DNA from: a virus
IMG/VR virus record: IMGVR_UViG_3300042446_000499
Span: 8,489 to 72,488 of that record
DNA: 64,000 nt
Reading direction: 5' to 3' (one strand)
Position 1 is the first letter of the stretch. Each line of letters begins with the position of its first letter. Position numbers and translations under genes: made by a program. The notes under the pieces are model-generated. The model worked only from the letters and a program-made list of their open reading frames with translations. It ran no database searches and was not told the DNA's origin. Positions 10,084 through 20,083 of this stretch are shown here, one piece after another.

Positions 10084-10747
10084 AACTGGGTTTCTACTTG
10101 CCGAAGACCAAGCCCTTAAACAGGCTTTGTCTAATATTACTGTTTATGATGACCGTGACCAATCCCGTGATGTACAAGTGTTCTTCCGTTACCCAGAAGT
10201 GGAAACAGAACGTACGTACCCATTCATTACTATTGAAATGATTGACCTTGTACATGCCCGTAACCGTCAGCATTCAGAAACAGAGTTGGTTTACTTTAAT
10301 ACTGCTGGAGGGGCTAGTGCTCCTACAAACTGGCAAAAGCGTCCAGATGCTTTAACGTACTGGCCCAGTGAATCTCCAGACTTTTCTAACTTGGCAAATA
10401 AAAACCAATTTCAAGTTCTACATACTAATGAGTTCATACCCGTTGACCTTATTTACCAGATTTCTACGTTTACTCGTACGGCGCTACATGACCGTCAGTT
10501 AACGGCAACCCTTTTGCGGAAGGTATTTCCATTCCGTAAATCATCCATCAACATAGAGGCTGACGGCACTAACCGCCGTTTGGAGTTGTTGGACTGGACT
10601 ACGGCTGACCTCCTTGACCCCGAGGCTGGTTATCGTAAGCGTATTTTTCGCAAAATATACACGTTGCAGATGGGTGCTGAATTGACCTCATCTGATATAT
10701 ATGGCTCCAAGCAAGTTCAATCAGTTACCGCTAATATTGATTATTGA
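10076..10747 (+). CDS. Tail terminator/sheath stabiliser
   Basis: Immediately upstream of the sheath gene; YPFITIE and PVDLIYQI motifs. Probable start is ATG 10076. Confidence 0.55.
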   Translation: MSRTGFLLAEDQALKQALSNITVYDDRDQSRDVQVFFRYPEVETERTYPFITIEMIDLVHARNRQHSETELVYFNTAGGASAPTNWQKRPDALTYWPSESPDFSNLANKNQFQVLHTNEFIPVDLIYQISTFTRTALHDRQLTATLLRKVFPFRKSSINIEADGTNRRLELLDWTTADLLDPEAGYRKRIFRKIYTLQMGAELTSSDIYGSKQVQSVTANIDY

Positions 10748-10792
10748 CTTCCAAATGTTTTCCCCGTCTATTTCCACTTATAGGAGTTTATA

Positions 10793-12304
10793 ATGGCCCA
10801 ATACACAAATCCTGGTATCTACGTAACAGAAAGTCCTTTTGCGACTTCTGTTGTTACTGGACCAACTACTACTGCCGCCGCTTTTCTTGGTACGGCACTT
10901 CGTGGACCAAGTGTTCCAGTAAGTGTTGATTCATGGAACTCATTCAAAGCCCAATTTGGTGATGTTTCAAGTTCGTACGAACTAGGCTATGCGGTCTACC
11001 ATTTCTTTGCAAATGGTGGGCGTACCGCTTATGTTTCACGTGTTGTAGGCGCTAGTGCTGTTCCCGCCACGGTAAACGTTACAGGAACCTTTAATGGCAC
11101 TGCTGGTACAACCTTGTTTAAACTTAACGCTAAAAACGTTGGTGTGTGGGGAAATGGTCTTTCCGTAACAATTACTGCTGGCTTACTTGCTAATACCACT
11201 CCAACTTTTAATGCTGTTGTTATTTATAACGGTGCAGAAGTTGAGCGTTGGTCAGAATTGAGTTTATCCCCTGATGATTCTCGTTATGTTCCAAACGTAA
11301 TAAACAATTACTCATCGTACCTTTCAGTATCTAACTTCCAAAACTTTGTTGGCGCAACGTACTCTGTAACTAATGCCACGTTAACCCCTTCAACGGGTGA
11401 CGATGGTGTAAGTCTTGTAGACAATACTGCTGGTGCAACACAAACTGCTTGGTCTGTATCTCTTAATAACTTTAACCAAATCAATGGGCAATTGTTGTTT
11501 AACCTTGTAGGTATCTCAAACTCAACAATTATTAATAATGCGATTAACTACGTTGAAAACCGTGGTAACTCATTTTTGATTATTGACCCACTTATTACTG
11601 CTACAAGTACTAACGTTATTTCAAGCACTGTTGCGGCGTACACCAAGTCTTCATATGCTGCTGTGTACTACCCAATGCTGCAAATGTCAAACCCTGCCGC
11701 TTCTGGAACTGCCGCACTTCGTAATACATACCCTGGTGGTGCAATTGCTGGTTTGTACACACGTGTTGATACTGAGCGTGGAGTTGCTAAGGCTCCTGCT
11801 GGCTACGCCTATGAAGTCCGTAATGTGTTTGGTTTAACTACACCTTTTACTGAATCTGAAGTTGGAACACTGTACACAGAAAACATCAACACCTTGAAAG
11901 CCATTCCAGGCGCTGGAGTTGTTGTTAATGGTGCTCGTACCCTTAAACAAACAGACATTACAAAGTACATTCCTGTACGCCGTAGCCTTAACTTCATTAA
12001 AGCAAACATTGATGGCATCTCACAGTTTGCTGTGTTTGAGCCAAACGGTGAGCGTTTGTGGGCAGAACTTACAGCAAAGATTTCAAACTTCTTGTCCAGT
12101 TTCTGGGCAAGTGGAGGTCTCAAGGGACGTAGTGCGGCAGAAGCGTATTTCATTACTTGTGACGCTACTAACAACACAAACACCTCAATTGAACAAGGTC
12201 AAGTAAATATTGAAATTGGTGTATCACTTCAATCACCAGCAGAATTCATTGTCATTAACATCAGCCAATTTATTGGCGGTAACAACGTAAGAGAAACCCT
12301 CTAA
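10793..12304 (+). CDS. Contractile tail sheath protein
   Basis: N-terminal YTNPGIYVTE, then RGVAKAPAG, GARTL, YIPVRR, FAVFEPN and PAEFIVI sheath motifs. Confidence 0.95.
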   Translation: MAQYTNPGIYVTESPFATSVVTGPTTTAAAFLGTALRGPSVPVSVDSWNSFKAQFGDVSSSYELGYAVYHFFANGGRTAYVSRVVGASAVPATVNVTGTFNGTAGTTLFKLNAKNVGVWGNGLSVTITAGLLANTTPTFNAVVIYNGAEVERWSELSLSPDDSRYVPNVINNYSSYLSVSNFQNFVGATYSVTNATLTPSTGDDGVSLVDNTAGATQTAWSVSLNNFNQINGQLLFNLVGISNSTIINNAINYVENRGNSFLIIDPLITATSTNVISSTVAAYTKSSYAAVYYPMLQMSNPAASGTAALRNTYPGGAIAGLYTRVDTERGVAKAPAGYAYEVRNVFGLTTPFTESEVGTLYTENINTLKAIPGAGVVVNGARTLKQTDITKYIPVRRSLNFIKANIDGISQFAVFEPNGERLWAELTAKISNFLSSFWASGGLKGRSAAEAYFITCDATNNTNTSIEQGQVNIEIGVSLQSPAEFIVINISQFIGGNNVRETL

Positions 12305-12314
12305 GGAGTAACTA

Positions 12315-12935
12315 ATGCCTATCGTTAGAACAGACCCAATTCGTAACTTTAAATTTGAAGTTCAGTTTTACCCACTGGACCAAAATAACCCTGGTTCACC
12401 GAATACCATCAACTTGTCGCAGTATGCACCAGGAATCGGAAATATCGGCTTTGCCGCTATGTCAGGTCTTTCGGTTCGTAATGAGATGATTCCATATCGT
12501 GAGGGTGGTATGAACACACACCCACACAAGATGGTAGGTCAATCTGACTTTGACCCCGTGACATTCTCACGTGGAATCATTGAAGGTCAGGACCAACTGT
12601 GGAAGTGGCAACGCTTTATCCACAACTGGCAGTCAGGTGTTCCAGGCTCAACTGGTGGTTCTGACTACCGTTGCGACATTATTGTTAAGGTCTATGACCA
12701 CCCACACTCCAATGCTTCATACAATGACAGCGTTGCAATTGGTTCAAAAACCACTTTCATTGGTACTCCAAAGTTGGGCATTAAGTTGTTTAACTGCTGG
12801 CCTGGTGCTTACGCAATGGGCGGTTTGAACGCTGGTGACAACAACATTATGATTCAAGAAATGGTTCTTCATAACGAAGGTTGGATTTTGGCATGGACTC
12901 CAGAGGACATCGCCGCTCTCCCTAGCGCTCACTAA
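12315..12935 (+). CDS. Tail tube protein (T4 gp19-like)
   Basis: DPIRNFKF, YREGG, VTFSRG and NCWP motifs; follows the sheath gene. Confidence 0.9.
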   Translation: MPIVRTDPIRNFKFEVQFYPLDQNNPGSPNTINLSQYAPGIGNIGFAAMSGLSVRNEMIPYREGGMNTHPHKMVGQSDFDPVTFSRGIIEGQDQLWKWQRFIHNWQSGVPGSTGGSDYRCDIIVKVYDHPHSNASYNDSVAIGSKTTFIGTPKLGIKLFNCWPGAYAMGGLNAGDNNIMIQEMVLHNEGWILAWTPEDIAALPSAH

Positions 12936-12959
12936 AACTTAAATAAAAAGGAATAATAA

Positions 12960-13748
12960 ATGTCAAGTACAAATGTTGCTAACTCAGTAATATCTGACCC
13001 CGCTCCAGAAGTTAATGATGCCCCAATTACATCAGTTGATTTACTAAAAGGTCTGTTTAACTATGAAACAGAAGCATGGCAAACAACAGCAGTTGTCCGT
13101 GAATTAACAGGTGAAGATGAAGAGGCTTTGGCTTCCGCATCTGCTAAAAAGGAATTGTCCTACGCCGAATACATGTCAGCCTTGTTATCACGTGCTGTTG
13201 TGTCTATTGGTGATATTAACATTCAGGACAATACATCTTTGGTAGACCAGTTGATGATTGGTGACCGTGACCTTCTATTCTTGGGTGCTATTAAAGCAAC
13301 CTATGGACGGATACGTGAACTAGAAGTTACTTGTGGTAGTTGTGGAGGTACAAACTTTGTTACTTTGCAACTTGATGAAGACTTCAAAATCAACAACCCT
13401 TCTAAGGATTTACACAAGCCAATGGAAGTCACCCTCAAGAATGGTTCAGTTATAAAACTGAATTATCCAACAGGTTCTGACAGCCTTTACGTTGCTAAAA
13501 AAGGTAAAACAACCGCAGAGCAAAACACGATTATGTTGGCCCGTTGTACCGTCTGGGACGGTGCAGATAGGCCACAAGACCTTGAGGTTTGGGCTAAAGC
13601 CCTCAACCTTGGTGATAGAAGCAAGTTGGTAAAGTCGCTAACCACTGACCCTCCAGGTCCAAAGATGGAAGAGGTGAAAACTCAGTGCGGCGTTTGCAAT
13701 GAAGAACTAACTCTTCTAATGGACTGGGTCTCACTTTTATTCGGTTAA
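12960..13748 (+). CDS. Tail/baseplate assembly chaperone (T4 gp26-like) with CxxC pairs
   Basis: VRELTGEDEE and GDRD.L motifs with two CxxC. Lies between tube and tape measure genes. Confidence 0.7.
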   Translation: MSSTNVANSVISDPAPEVNDAPITSVDLLKGLFNYETEAWQTTAVVRELTGEDEEALASASAKKELSYAEYMSALLSRAVVSIGDINIQDNTSLVDQLMIGDRDLLFLGAIKATYGRIRELEVTCGSCGGTNFVTLQLDEDFKINNPSKDLHKPMEVTLKNGSVIKLNYPTGSDSLYVAKKGKTTAEQNTIMLARCTVWDGADRPQDLEVWAKALNLGDRSKLVKSLTTDPPGPKMEEVKTQCGVCNEELTLLMDWVSLLFG

Positions 13749-13890
13749 CCTTCAGTTTACTTATCTGGAATACGAGTCAATAGCCACTGTCTATCAGGGG
13801 TTTGGTCTAAATGACCTAAAATATATGACAGTACGTCAACGTGCCTTTTGGTATTCAATGGCTCGCTGGCGTAGTTCAAGTAGAGGATAG
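13735..13890 (+). CDS. Frameshifted C-terminal extension of the tail chaperone
   Basis: Open +1 frame (..LEYESIATVYQGFGLNDLKYMTVRQRAFW..) overlapping the chaperone end, with no usable start codon after the in-frame TAA at 13717. Confidence 0.6.
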   Translation, partial: FYSVNLQFTYLEYESIATVYQGFGLNDLKYMTVRQRAFWYSMARWRSSSRG

Positions 13891-13892
13891 TA

Positions 13893-16361
13893 ATGGAAGA
13901 CGCCATTGGGCAGAGCGAACTTAATAATGGGAACCAAGCAGAGGCTGGTAAAAACCTCGGCAAAGTCAGTGTCAACTCCCAAGCCGCAATTGATAAGTCT
14001 GCATTTACTGAATTAAACAAAGAGTTTAAAGAACTTAGTAAGCACATTACTAAATTCAAGGCAGACCTCCCTACCCTTATTACTGACACTAAAAAGTGGG
14101 CAACTGAACTTGGCAAAGTAGCCAAGAGCATGAAATCTATTGGGGACGCTAAGGGTGGCGGTGGCGGTAGCAGTTACATGCCTGGTGCTGGAGAAGGCGC
14201 TACTAGCGTTAACTCTGGCAATACTTATAACGTCCAGAAGACAATGATTATCAATGAGGCTGGTGGCGGAGGTGGCGCTCCTCCTCAATCACCAAAAGCG
14301 GCTGCTTGGGAGGGTATTAAAAACCTTGCTGGTTCTGCTATCAATGCAATGGATGCTCGTGCGGCTCGTGGTGCTCAGTACAGCCTAGGCGCTGACAAGA
14401 TGAACATGCTGTACCAGCAGACCACTGGACTCAGCCAAAACCAAACTTATCACCAATACCGTGAACCCCTCCAGAAATACAAACTGGGGATGGGTGGTAT
14501 TAACACTTTGCTTGGGCTACAAGCAACCACAGGTTTAAATGCTCAAAAGCAAGCAGGTTCTGTTGAAGCCTTGAGAGCCGCTTCTGGATATGCATACAGC
14601 ACAGAAGACGTTGCAGGTATGACTAAGTCACTTGCAAGCGCACCTACAACAAACCAAATGTTTATGACTCTTGGTACAGGTATGTATGGCATTGGTGGAA
14701 AGCAACGAACCGCCCAGCAGGTTTATCAAGACGTAATTAAACGCACAGGTCTTGGTGATGAAAAGATGCTTAAAGGTGCTTTTCAACAAGGTTCTATGAC
14801 CCGTGCTCGCTTGAGTATGGCAGGAATTGCAGATGACCAGCAAGACCTCGTTCTCCAAATGGCGCAACAAAACGTAGCCTTTAAGAAAAAGGGTGGTAAG
14901 GGCGACTACGACCAATCTAATAAAGAGCACCGTAAGTTAATGGGTGTTGAAGGTAACTACGCTAACCAAGCAGAAGAAACTACACGAGTTCAAGCCAACC
15001 GTGAGGAGAACTTCTACAAACGTCAAAACGATAACTTTGCCACATTTGAAAAGATGACCCAGGCAGCAACAAAAGCACTTCAAGCCTTTGAAGAAAAATT
15101 GTCTGGTATTGCAGGAGCAGGTATTTCAAGCAAAAAGCATCGTGATATTTTTGGTTCTGCTTTTAATATAGGTAAAAAAGTTGCTGGTGTAGGCATGATG
15201 GTTGCTGGTGCTATGGGTGCTGTGCCTACTGGTGGCGCTACTTTAGCCTTAACCGCTGGTGGTGCTGCACTTGCAGGCTCAGGTGGTGACCCTGTAGACA
15301 GTGTTGTGCGTCGCCGTGGTCGTGGTCGTGGTGTTTGGGGCGCACGTACTAATACAGAGTTAGGTGGAGACGCTACAACCGATGGTCAAGCACCTGTGTC
15401 AACTCCTGCTGCTCCAGCGGCACCGTCTCCTCCCGAGGCTAAATTAAGCGCTAACAACAAATCTAAACTTGCCCAGTTAGACCCTAAACTTCGTGAACCG
15501 CTTAAACAGATGCTTCTTGCTAATCCTAAATTAGAAATTGGAGATGCACGTCGTAGTGCGGCTCGTCAAGATGCTTCTTTCCGTCGCCGTTATTCTAAAG
15601 CGCCTGAAGGTACTACAAAGAAGACAAAAGACGCTGACCGCATCTGGAACGGTGAAGTCTGGATTTATGACAAGCATGCTGAGAGTGGTCCTCCAATGGC
15701 TCCTCCTGGATTGTCTATGCATGAACTTGGACTTGCGGCTGACCTAAGCCAGTCTGAAAACGAATGGATTCGTGCCAATGCATCTAACTTTGGTTTAGTT
15801 ACTGGTGCTACTCAAAAAGGTATGCAGACTGACGAACCTTTCCACGTCCAGCCATCCAGTGTTCCCTTTGGTAGGTCTGAATATGAAAGTGGTCAAGGGG
15901 TACCAGCATCCTCGGCATCTGGGACTGCTACAGCACCTAATTCAACTGTGGCTTCAGGTTCTAGTTCTACAGAAGTATCACGTGACTCAATTGGTGGCAG
16001 TGGGAAAGTTTCCGCAACCTCAATAAGTTCATCCCTTTCTGGTCCTTCTACCTTTAAGTACTCTGGAATGAGCATTGGTGAAGTAATTGGTTCTGGAAGT
16101 GTTTACGCTACATCTAACTTGAAACCTGCTGAACGACCATCCAGTGCATACCCATCAGCCTCTGCTGGTGGAGACCCTACTATCTTAGGTCCTTCATCTG
16201 TGTCAACAGCACAATCGTCTAGCAACTCCTACACTATTACTGTTGCACCTAGTTTTAATATCCAAACATCAGGCTCTACCCCTGATTTACGCAAAATGGC
16301 TAAAGAAATTGCAAGTATGCTTGAACAGGAAGTACGAATGACAATGTTGAGGTCCTCATAA
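13893..16361 (+). CDS. Tape measure protein with a C-terminal M15-type peptidoglycan peptidase domain
   Basis: Helical A/G/Q-rich N-terminus, then SMHELGLAAD and EPFH (SxHxxGxAxD / ExxH zinc motifs). Confidence 0.85.
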   Translation: MEDAIGQSELNNGNQAEAGKNLGKVSVNSQAAIDKSAFTELNKEFKELSKHITKFKADLPTLITDTKKWATELGKVAKSMKSIGDAKGGGGGSSYMPGAGEGATSVNSGNTYNVQKTMIINEAGGGGGAPPQSPKAAAWEGIKNLAGSAINAMDARAARGAQYSLGADKMNMLYQQTTGLSQNQTYHQYREPLQKYKLGMGGINTLLGLQATTGLNAQKQAGSVEALRAASGYAYSTEDVAGMTKSLASAPTTNQMFMTLGTGMYGIGGKQRTAQQVYQDVIKRTGLGDEKMLKGAFQQGSMTRARLSMAGIADDQQDLVLQMAQQNVAFKKKGGKGDYDQSNKEHRKLMGVEGNYANQAEETTRVQANREENFYKRQNDNFATFEKMTQAATKALQAFEEKLSGIAGAGISSKKHRDIFGSAFNIGKKVAGVGMMVAGAMGAVPTGGATLALTAGGAALAGSGGDPVDSVVRRRGRGRGVWGARTNTELGGDATTDGQAPVSTPAAPAAPSPPEAKLSANNKSKLAQLDPKLREPLKQMLLANPKLEIGDARRSAARQDASFRRRYSKAPEGTTKKTKDADRIWNGEVWIYDKHAESGPPMAPPGLSMHELGLAADLSQSENEWIRANASNFGLVTGATQKGMQTDEPFHVQPSSVPFGRSEYESGQGVPASSASGTATAPNSTVASGSSSTEVSRDSIGGSGKVSATSISSSLSGPSTFKYSGMSIGEVIGSGSVYATSNLKPAERPSSAYPSASAGGDPTILGPSSVSTAQSSSNSYTITVAPSFNIQTSGSTPDLRKMAKEIASMLEQEVRMTMLRSS

Positions 16362-18232
16362 TGCCATCAGGATATGCATCAAATCAATTTTGGAATTTTG
16401 GGTCTACGTATGAAAAGGGTAAAACTCTAGCCCGTCAAAAAGATGACAACGCTAACTTTATCTTTCCTCGTCCTTTTCAACCAGACGTCTATAACCCTAT
16501 TAGGGGAAGACAACTTGTAGACACTCGTTTACAGCGTGGTTTTATTAGAGGTATTTACCCTTCTGTGCTTGGTGGTGTTGACAACCCATCAGCAGCAACA
16601 GTAAAACAAAGACGGTTGTTTTTCCAATTTAACCCAGCAACCATTGACCGCAGTGTTGAAATGAACGCAATGGTGGCTAACCCCTTGCTTCAAGACCCTT
16701 CTCAAATCTTTCAGCCAGTTGCTGGTACAGCGGCTTTTTCATTTGAATTAACATTCAACCGAGAGGCTGAAGTTGTTTCCGCACGTAACGCTACAACAAA
16801 CCTAAAGAATGGTGGGTGGGCAACAGATACTGCTACACCTTTAACAAGTTCTTTAGACAACTATGGTGATACCACCAATCATGGGGATGTTGCAAGCCTT
16901 GGTGTTCTTGCTGACCTTTACGTTTTAGATTCTATTATTGGTCAGTCAATTACTCCAGATACAGCAAAATTTATTAAAGCATATTTTAGTACAGCAGATA
17001 AAGCAAATCAAGCAAATGCTAACACTACAGGCACTACTACAGTAACTAACTCAGATGGTAGTACAACCAGTACAGAAATAAAATCTGATGGCACAACTGT
17101 TACCACAGTCACAGGTACCGACGGTAAGAAAACAATAACAACTGGTACAACTGGTGAAAGTGCTTCTAATTTTGATTCCACTGGCTTTGAGACAAACATT
17201 ACAAAGAACTTTGGAAACGGCGCTTTTCTTAGTCCTCTTCCTATTCGTATTGTGTTTTCTTCTTTGTTTATGGTTGAAGGTTTTGTTGAATCAACTAGTG
17301 TACGTTTTGCTAAATTTAGCAAAAACTATGTACCAACTGTTTGTGCTGTTAACTTAACTATTCGTGCTTTGTATATTGGCTTTGCAAAAGAAGAAGCATA
17401 TTTGACAACAGCATTAAAAGCGGCTGTAAAAGACATAGAAGCAGAAAGAAAAGCAAACGAATCATCGCAAGCGGCTGGAAAAAACATTGCAAATACTGGA
17501 ACAAACTTTGTTTATGAAACTACAAGTATCTTTAAACAACGAGCACTAGCAGCAGGAGCACTAAGAAACACTGCTGTAGGGTACCCCCATAACTTTGATT
17601 CTTTTCACGAATTTTGGAATAATTACCGTAGTTCTAATGATTTTGGAACAGATATAGAATTTAAAGGCTCCAGTGGTTTTGGTATTCCAGAAGTTACTTC
17701 TCGTGTTGCTGAAACGCTTAGTCAAAAGGTAACAAAAGGTGAATTTACATGGGCACTTGATTCATCTGTTTCTTTAGATGAATATCTTCCAGATAAAGTA
17801 ACTCTTGTTCAAAGGTTAGTACAAGGCCCTATTGCATATAAAACTTTTAGTACTAGTGGTGGTGCTATGGGTGACGAAGTTACAAACGCTAAAATTGTAG
17901 AAAATGCAAATAAAACAAAAAATAATGAACCACCACGATTTAACAGGTGGGGTGTTAGTTTGTCTGATAATGGAAACCAAAGCGGTATGCCATTATTTAA
18001 AGATGTTAAAAACATTGTAAAAATGTCTATTCAACATAATATTAGTTATACCATTACACAGGCAGATGGTACTCCGTACACGGGCACTACTACTCTTTCT
18101 GCCAGTATTTTTATTACTAAAACCAAAGCATCAAGTCCAGGCACTGGAATTTCTTGGGAAGAAGTTGATAATGGTGGTTTAAAATTTACTATTTTAAGCA
18201 ATACCACTACAACTGGTTGGAAAGACAGATAA
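16361..18232 (+). CDS. Tail tube initiator/baseplate protein
   Basis: FQFNP and FELTFNR motifs, follows the tape measure gene, Thr-rich insert. Confidence 0.6.
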   Translation: MPSGYASNQFWNFGSTYEKGKTLARQKDDNANFIFPRPFQPDVYNPIRGRQLVDTRLQRGFIRGIYPSVLGGVDNPSAATVKQRRLFFQFNPATIDRSVEMNAMVANPLLQDPSQIFQPVAGTAAFSFELTFNREAEVVSARNATTNLKNGGWATDTATPLTSSLDNYGDTTNHGDVASLGVLADLYVLDSIIGQSITPDTAKFIKAYFSTADKANQANANTTGTTTVTNSDGSTTSTEIKSDGTTVTTVTGTDGKKTITTGTTGESASNFDSTGFETNITKNFGNGAFLSPLPIRIVFSSLFMVEGFVESTSVRFAKFSKNYVPTVCAVNLTIRALYIGFAKEEAYLTTALKAAVKDIEAERKANESSQAAGKNIANTGTNFVYETTSIFKQRALAAGALRNTAVGYPHNFDSFHEFWNNYRSSNDFGTDIEFKGSSGFGIPEVTSRVAETLSQKVTKGEFTWALDSSVSLDEYLPDKVTLVQRLVQGPIAYKTFSTSGGAMGDEVTNAKIVENANKTKNNEPPRFNRWGVSLSDNGNQSGMPLFKDVKNIVKMSIQHNISYTITQADGTPYTGTTTLSASIFITKTKASSPGTGISWEEVDNGGLKFTILSNTTTTGWKDR

Positions 18233-18489
18233 TGATTATCAAAGGTTCTCGTTATTCAGAAACTACTGAAACACGAAATGAAGATACTAAAGTAATTGCA
18301 ACGGGTAAATCATATACAATTGATTCTTACTTTTCTATTGTTACAAAACAATATGAAACATTTTCATCAATTGCGGCAGACCATTTAAAAGACCCAACTT
18401 TGTATTGGAAAATTGCAGACCTTAATAAGTCTTTGGGTTTCCCTGACTTTATAACACAAGGGACAGTCATTAAGGTTCCATTTAAATGA
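18232..18489 (+). CDS. LysM/tail X-like baseplate protein
   Basis: ETFSSIAA..L.DP.LYWKIADLN...GTVIKVP LysM-like pattern. Confidence 0.75.
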   Translation: MIIKGSRYSETTETRNEDTKVIATGKSYTIDSYFSIVTKQYETFSSIAADHLKDPTLYWKIADLNKSLGFPDFITQGTVIKVPFK

Positions 18490-19658
18490 TTTTTAAAAGT
18501 GCATCTCAATTATCTCCAAACGTAGAAGTATTTATTGACAACGTTCCTGTTAATTACATGACCTTGCAACAAATTACCGTTGAAGAAAAAGAAAATATGC
18601 ACAACCTTGCTATTCTTGATTTTGCTGGTATGAACACGGAGTTGATACACGAGTACCTTGATGTTCCAATTAAATTTAGTATTGAATTAACTGGTAAAGA
18701 TATATTCAATTTCTATGGGTATATAACATTTGTGGAACCGATTGCTAATACACATGATGGAATTGTAAACAAAAGTCCATTTCAAACTACACGTGTTTAT
18801 TGTTTTGGTTCTAGTTATACCATGAAATCAACTTATTCTCGTATTTGGGAAAACTTAACTATTTCTGACATTGCAAAACAAATTGCTAATAAATACAAGT
18901 TTTCTGTGTCTGTCCCAAATAACTCTTATAAGTTTCCACGACTTGTACAATCTGGTCAATCAGATTGGAAGTTCTTAACTAAGGCATCAGAACTTCTTGG
19001 TTACTCTGTACTTATGGATGGTACACACATTAGAATTTGGGACCCTTATAGCGCTTTGTACCAAAATGTTTCTTACAGCATGCTTTTAACAATGCGTGGA
19101 AGTAAGGGAGATGCAAGCCCACAGCCAGGTCAAATACTTAAATTTGAAGGACGCATAGGTGCTGTAACTACTGACGGTGCTCGTTCTGCTGACACTATCC
19201 ATATGTTGGACAAATCTGGACAGTTGCTGTCTGTTACAAATAGTGACAACTTTGAGTCATCTGGTTTAGCAACAGGATTAAAATCTCAATTTGATAATGT
19301 GCTTACTGTAAATGCTGATTCTTTTGATACGGCTACACGTTTAGTTACTGGGGCATTAAGGAAGAAATTCCCAATGAGGGCTAGTTTAGAGGTGGTATCT
19401 GACCCAAGTATTAAACCTGGCGGAATTGTAAGTATTAATGAATACAATACTGAATTTGATGGTTTTTGGTATGTCATGTCTGTACGCCACGAAATAACAC
19501 AATCGTATATGCGTACCTATTTAGAAGTAGCAAGAGATGGTCTTGGAACCACTGCTTTAGCAAAACAGGTAACAGCCACATATGTAGAACCACCAGAACC
19601 TGCCCTTATTGGAAATGCATGGGTTTCCTCTAAAGACTATACCCATGTCTATAACTAG
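18486..19658 (+). CDS. Baseplate hub protein (gpD/gp27-like)
   Basis: Q.GQSDWKFL and FDGFWYVMSVRHEI motifs. Confidence 0.8.
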   Translation: MIFKSASQLSPNVEVFIDNVPVNYMTLQQITVEEKENMHNLAILDFAGMNTELIHEYLDVPIKFSIELTGKDIFNFYGYITFVEPIANTHDGIVNKSPFQTTRVYCFGSSYTMKSTYSRIWENLTISDIAKQIANKYKFSVSVPNNSYKFPRLVQSGQSDWKFLTKASELLGYSVLMDGTHIRIWDPYSALYQNVSYSMLLTMRGSKGDASPQPGQILKFEGRIGAVTTDGARSADTIHMLDKSGQLLSVTNSDNFESSGLATGLKSQFDNVLTVNADSFDTATRLVTGALRKKFPMRASLEVVSDPSIKPGGIVSINEYNTEFDGFWYVMSVRHEITQSYMRTYLEVARDGLGTTALAKQVTATYVEPPEPALIGNAWVSSKDYTHVYN

Positions 19659-19671
19659 TAGGCTTTAAATA

Positions 19672-20082
19672 ATGAAATCTATAGCAATTCCATTTTCTTT
19701 TACATCTGACACTGGTGGAGTATCAACTGTTTCAGATATTGACTCTGTCATGAAACAAAACATAATGGACATACTTACTACGTCTCCAGGAGAACGTGTA
19801 ATGGTTCCTAATTATGGAGCAAACATAAGAAGTCTTTTATTTGAAGAAGCAGACCAACTAATTTACGATGAATATCGCATGGATATTATAAACGATTTAA
19901 ACGAAAAGTTACCGTTTGGAAAAGTAACTGACGTTCAAATTGGCGTTCCGTCAGATGCTTTATATCTAGAAAACACTGCTACAACTGTTTCAATTGCTAT
20001 AAAATATGTAATACCGCCATTTGATAGTTCAGTAATGACTTTTAACATAAATAATACAAACATAACGTTCGGAGGGGCGTAA
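19672..20082 (+). CDS. Baseplate sheath initiator (gp25/GpW-like)
   Basis: LTTSPGERVMVPNYG motif. Confidence 0.9.
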   Translation: MKSIAIPFSFTSDTGGVSTVSDIDSVMKQNIMDILTTSPGERVMVPNYGANIRSLLFEEADQLIYDEYRMDIINDLNEKLPFGKVTDVQIGVPSDALYLENTATTVSIAIKYVIPPFDSSVMTFNINNTNITFGGA

Positions 20083-20083
20083 C

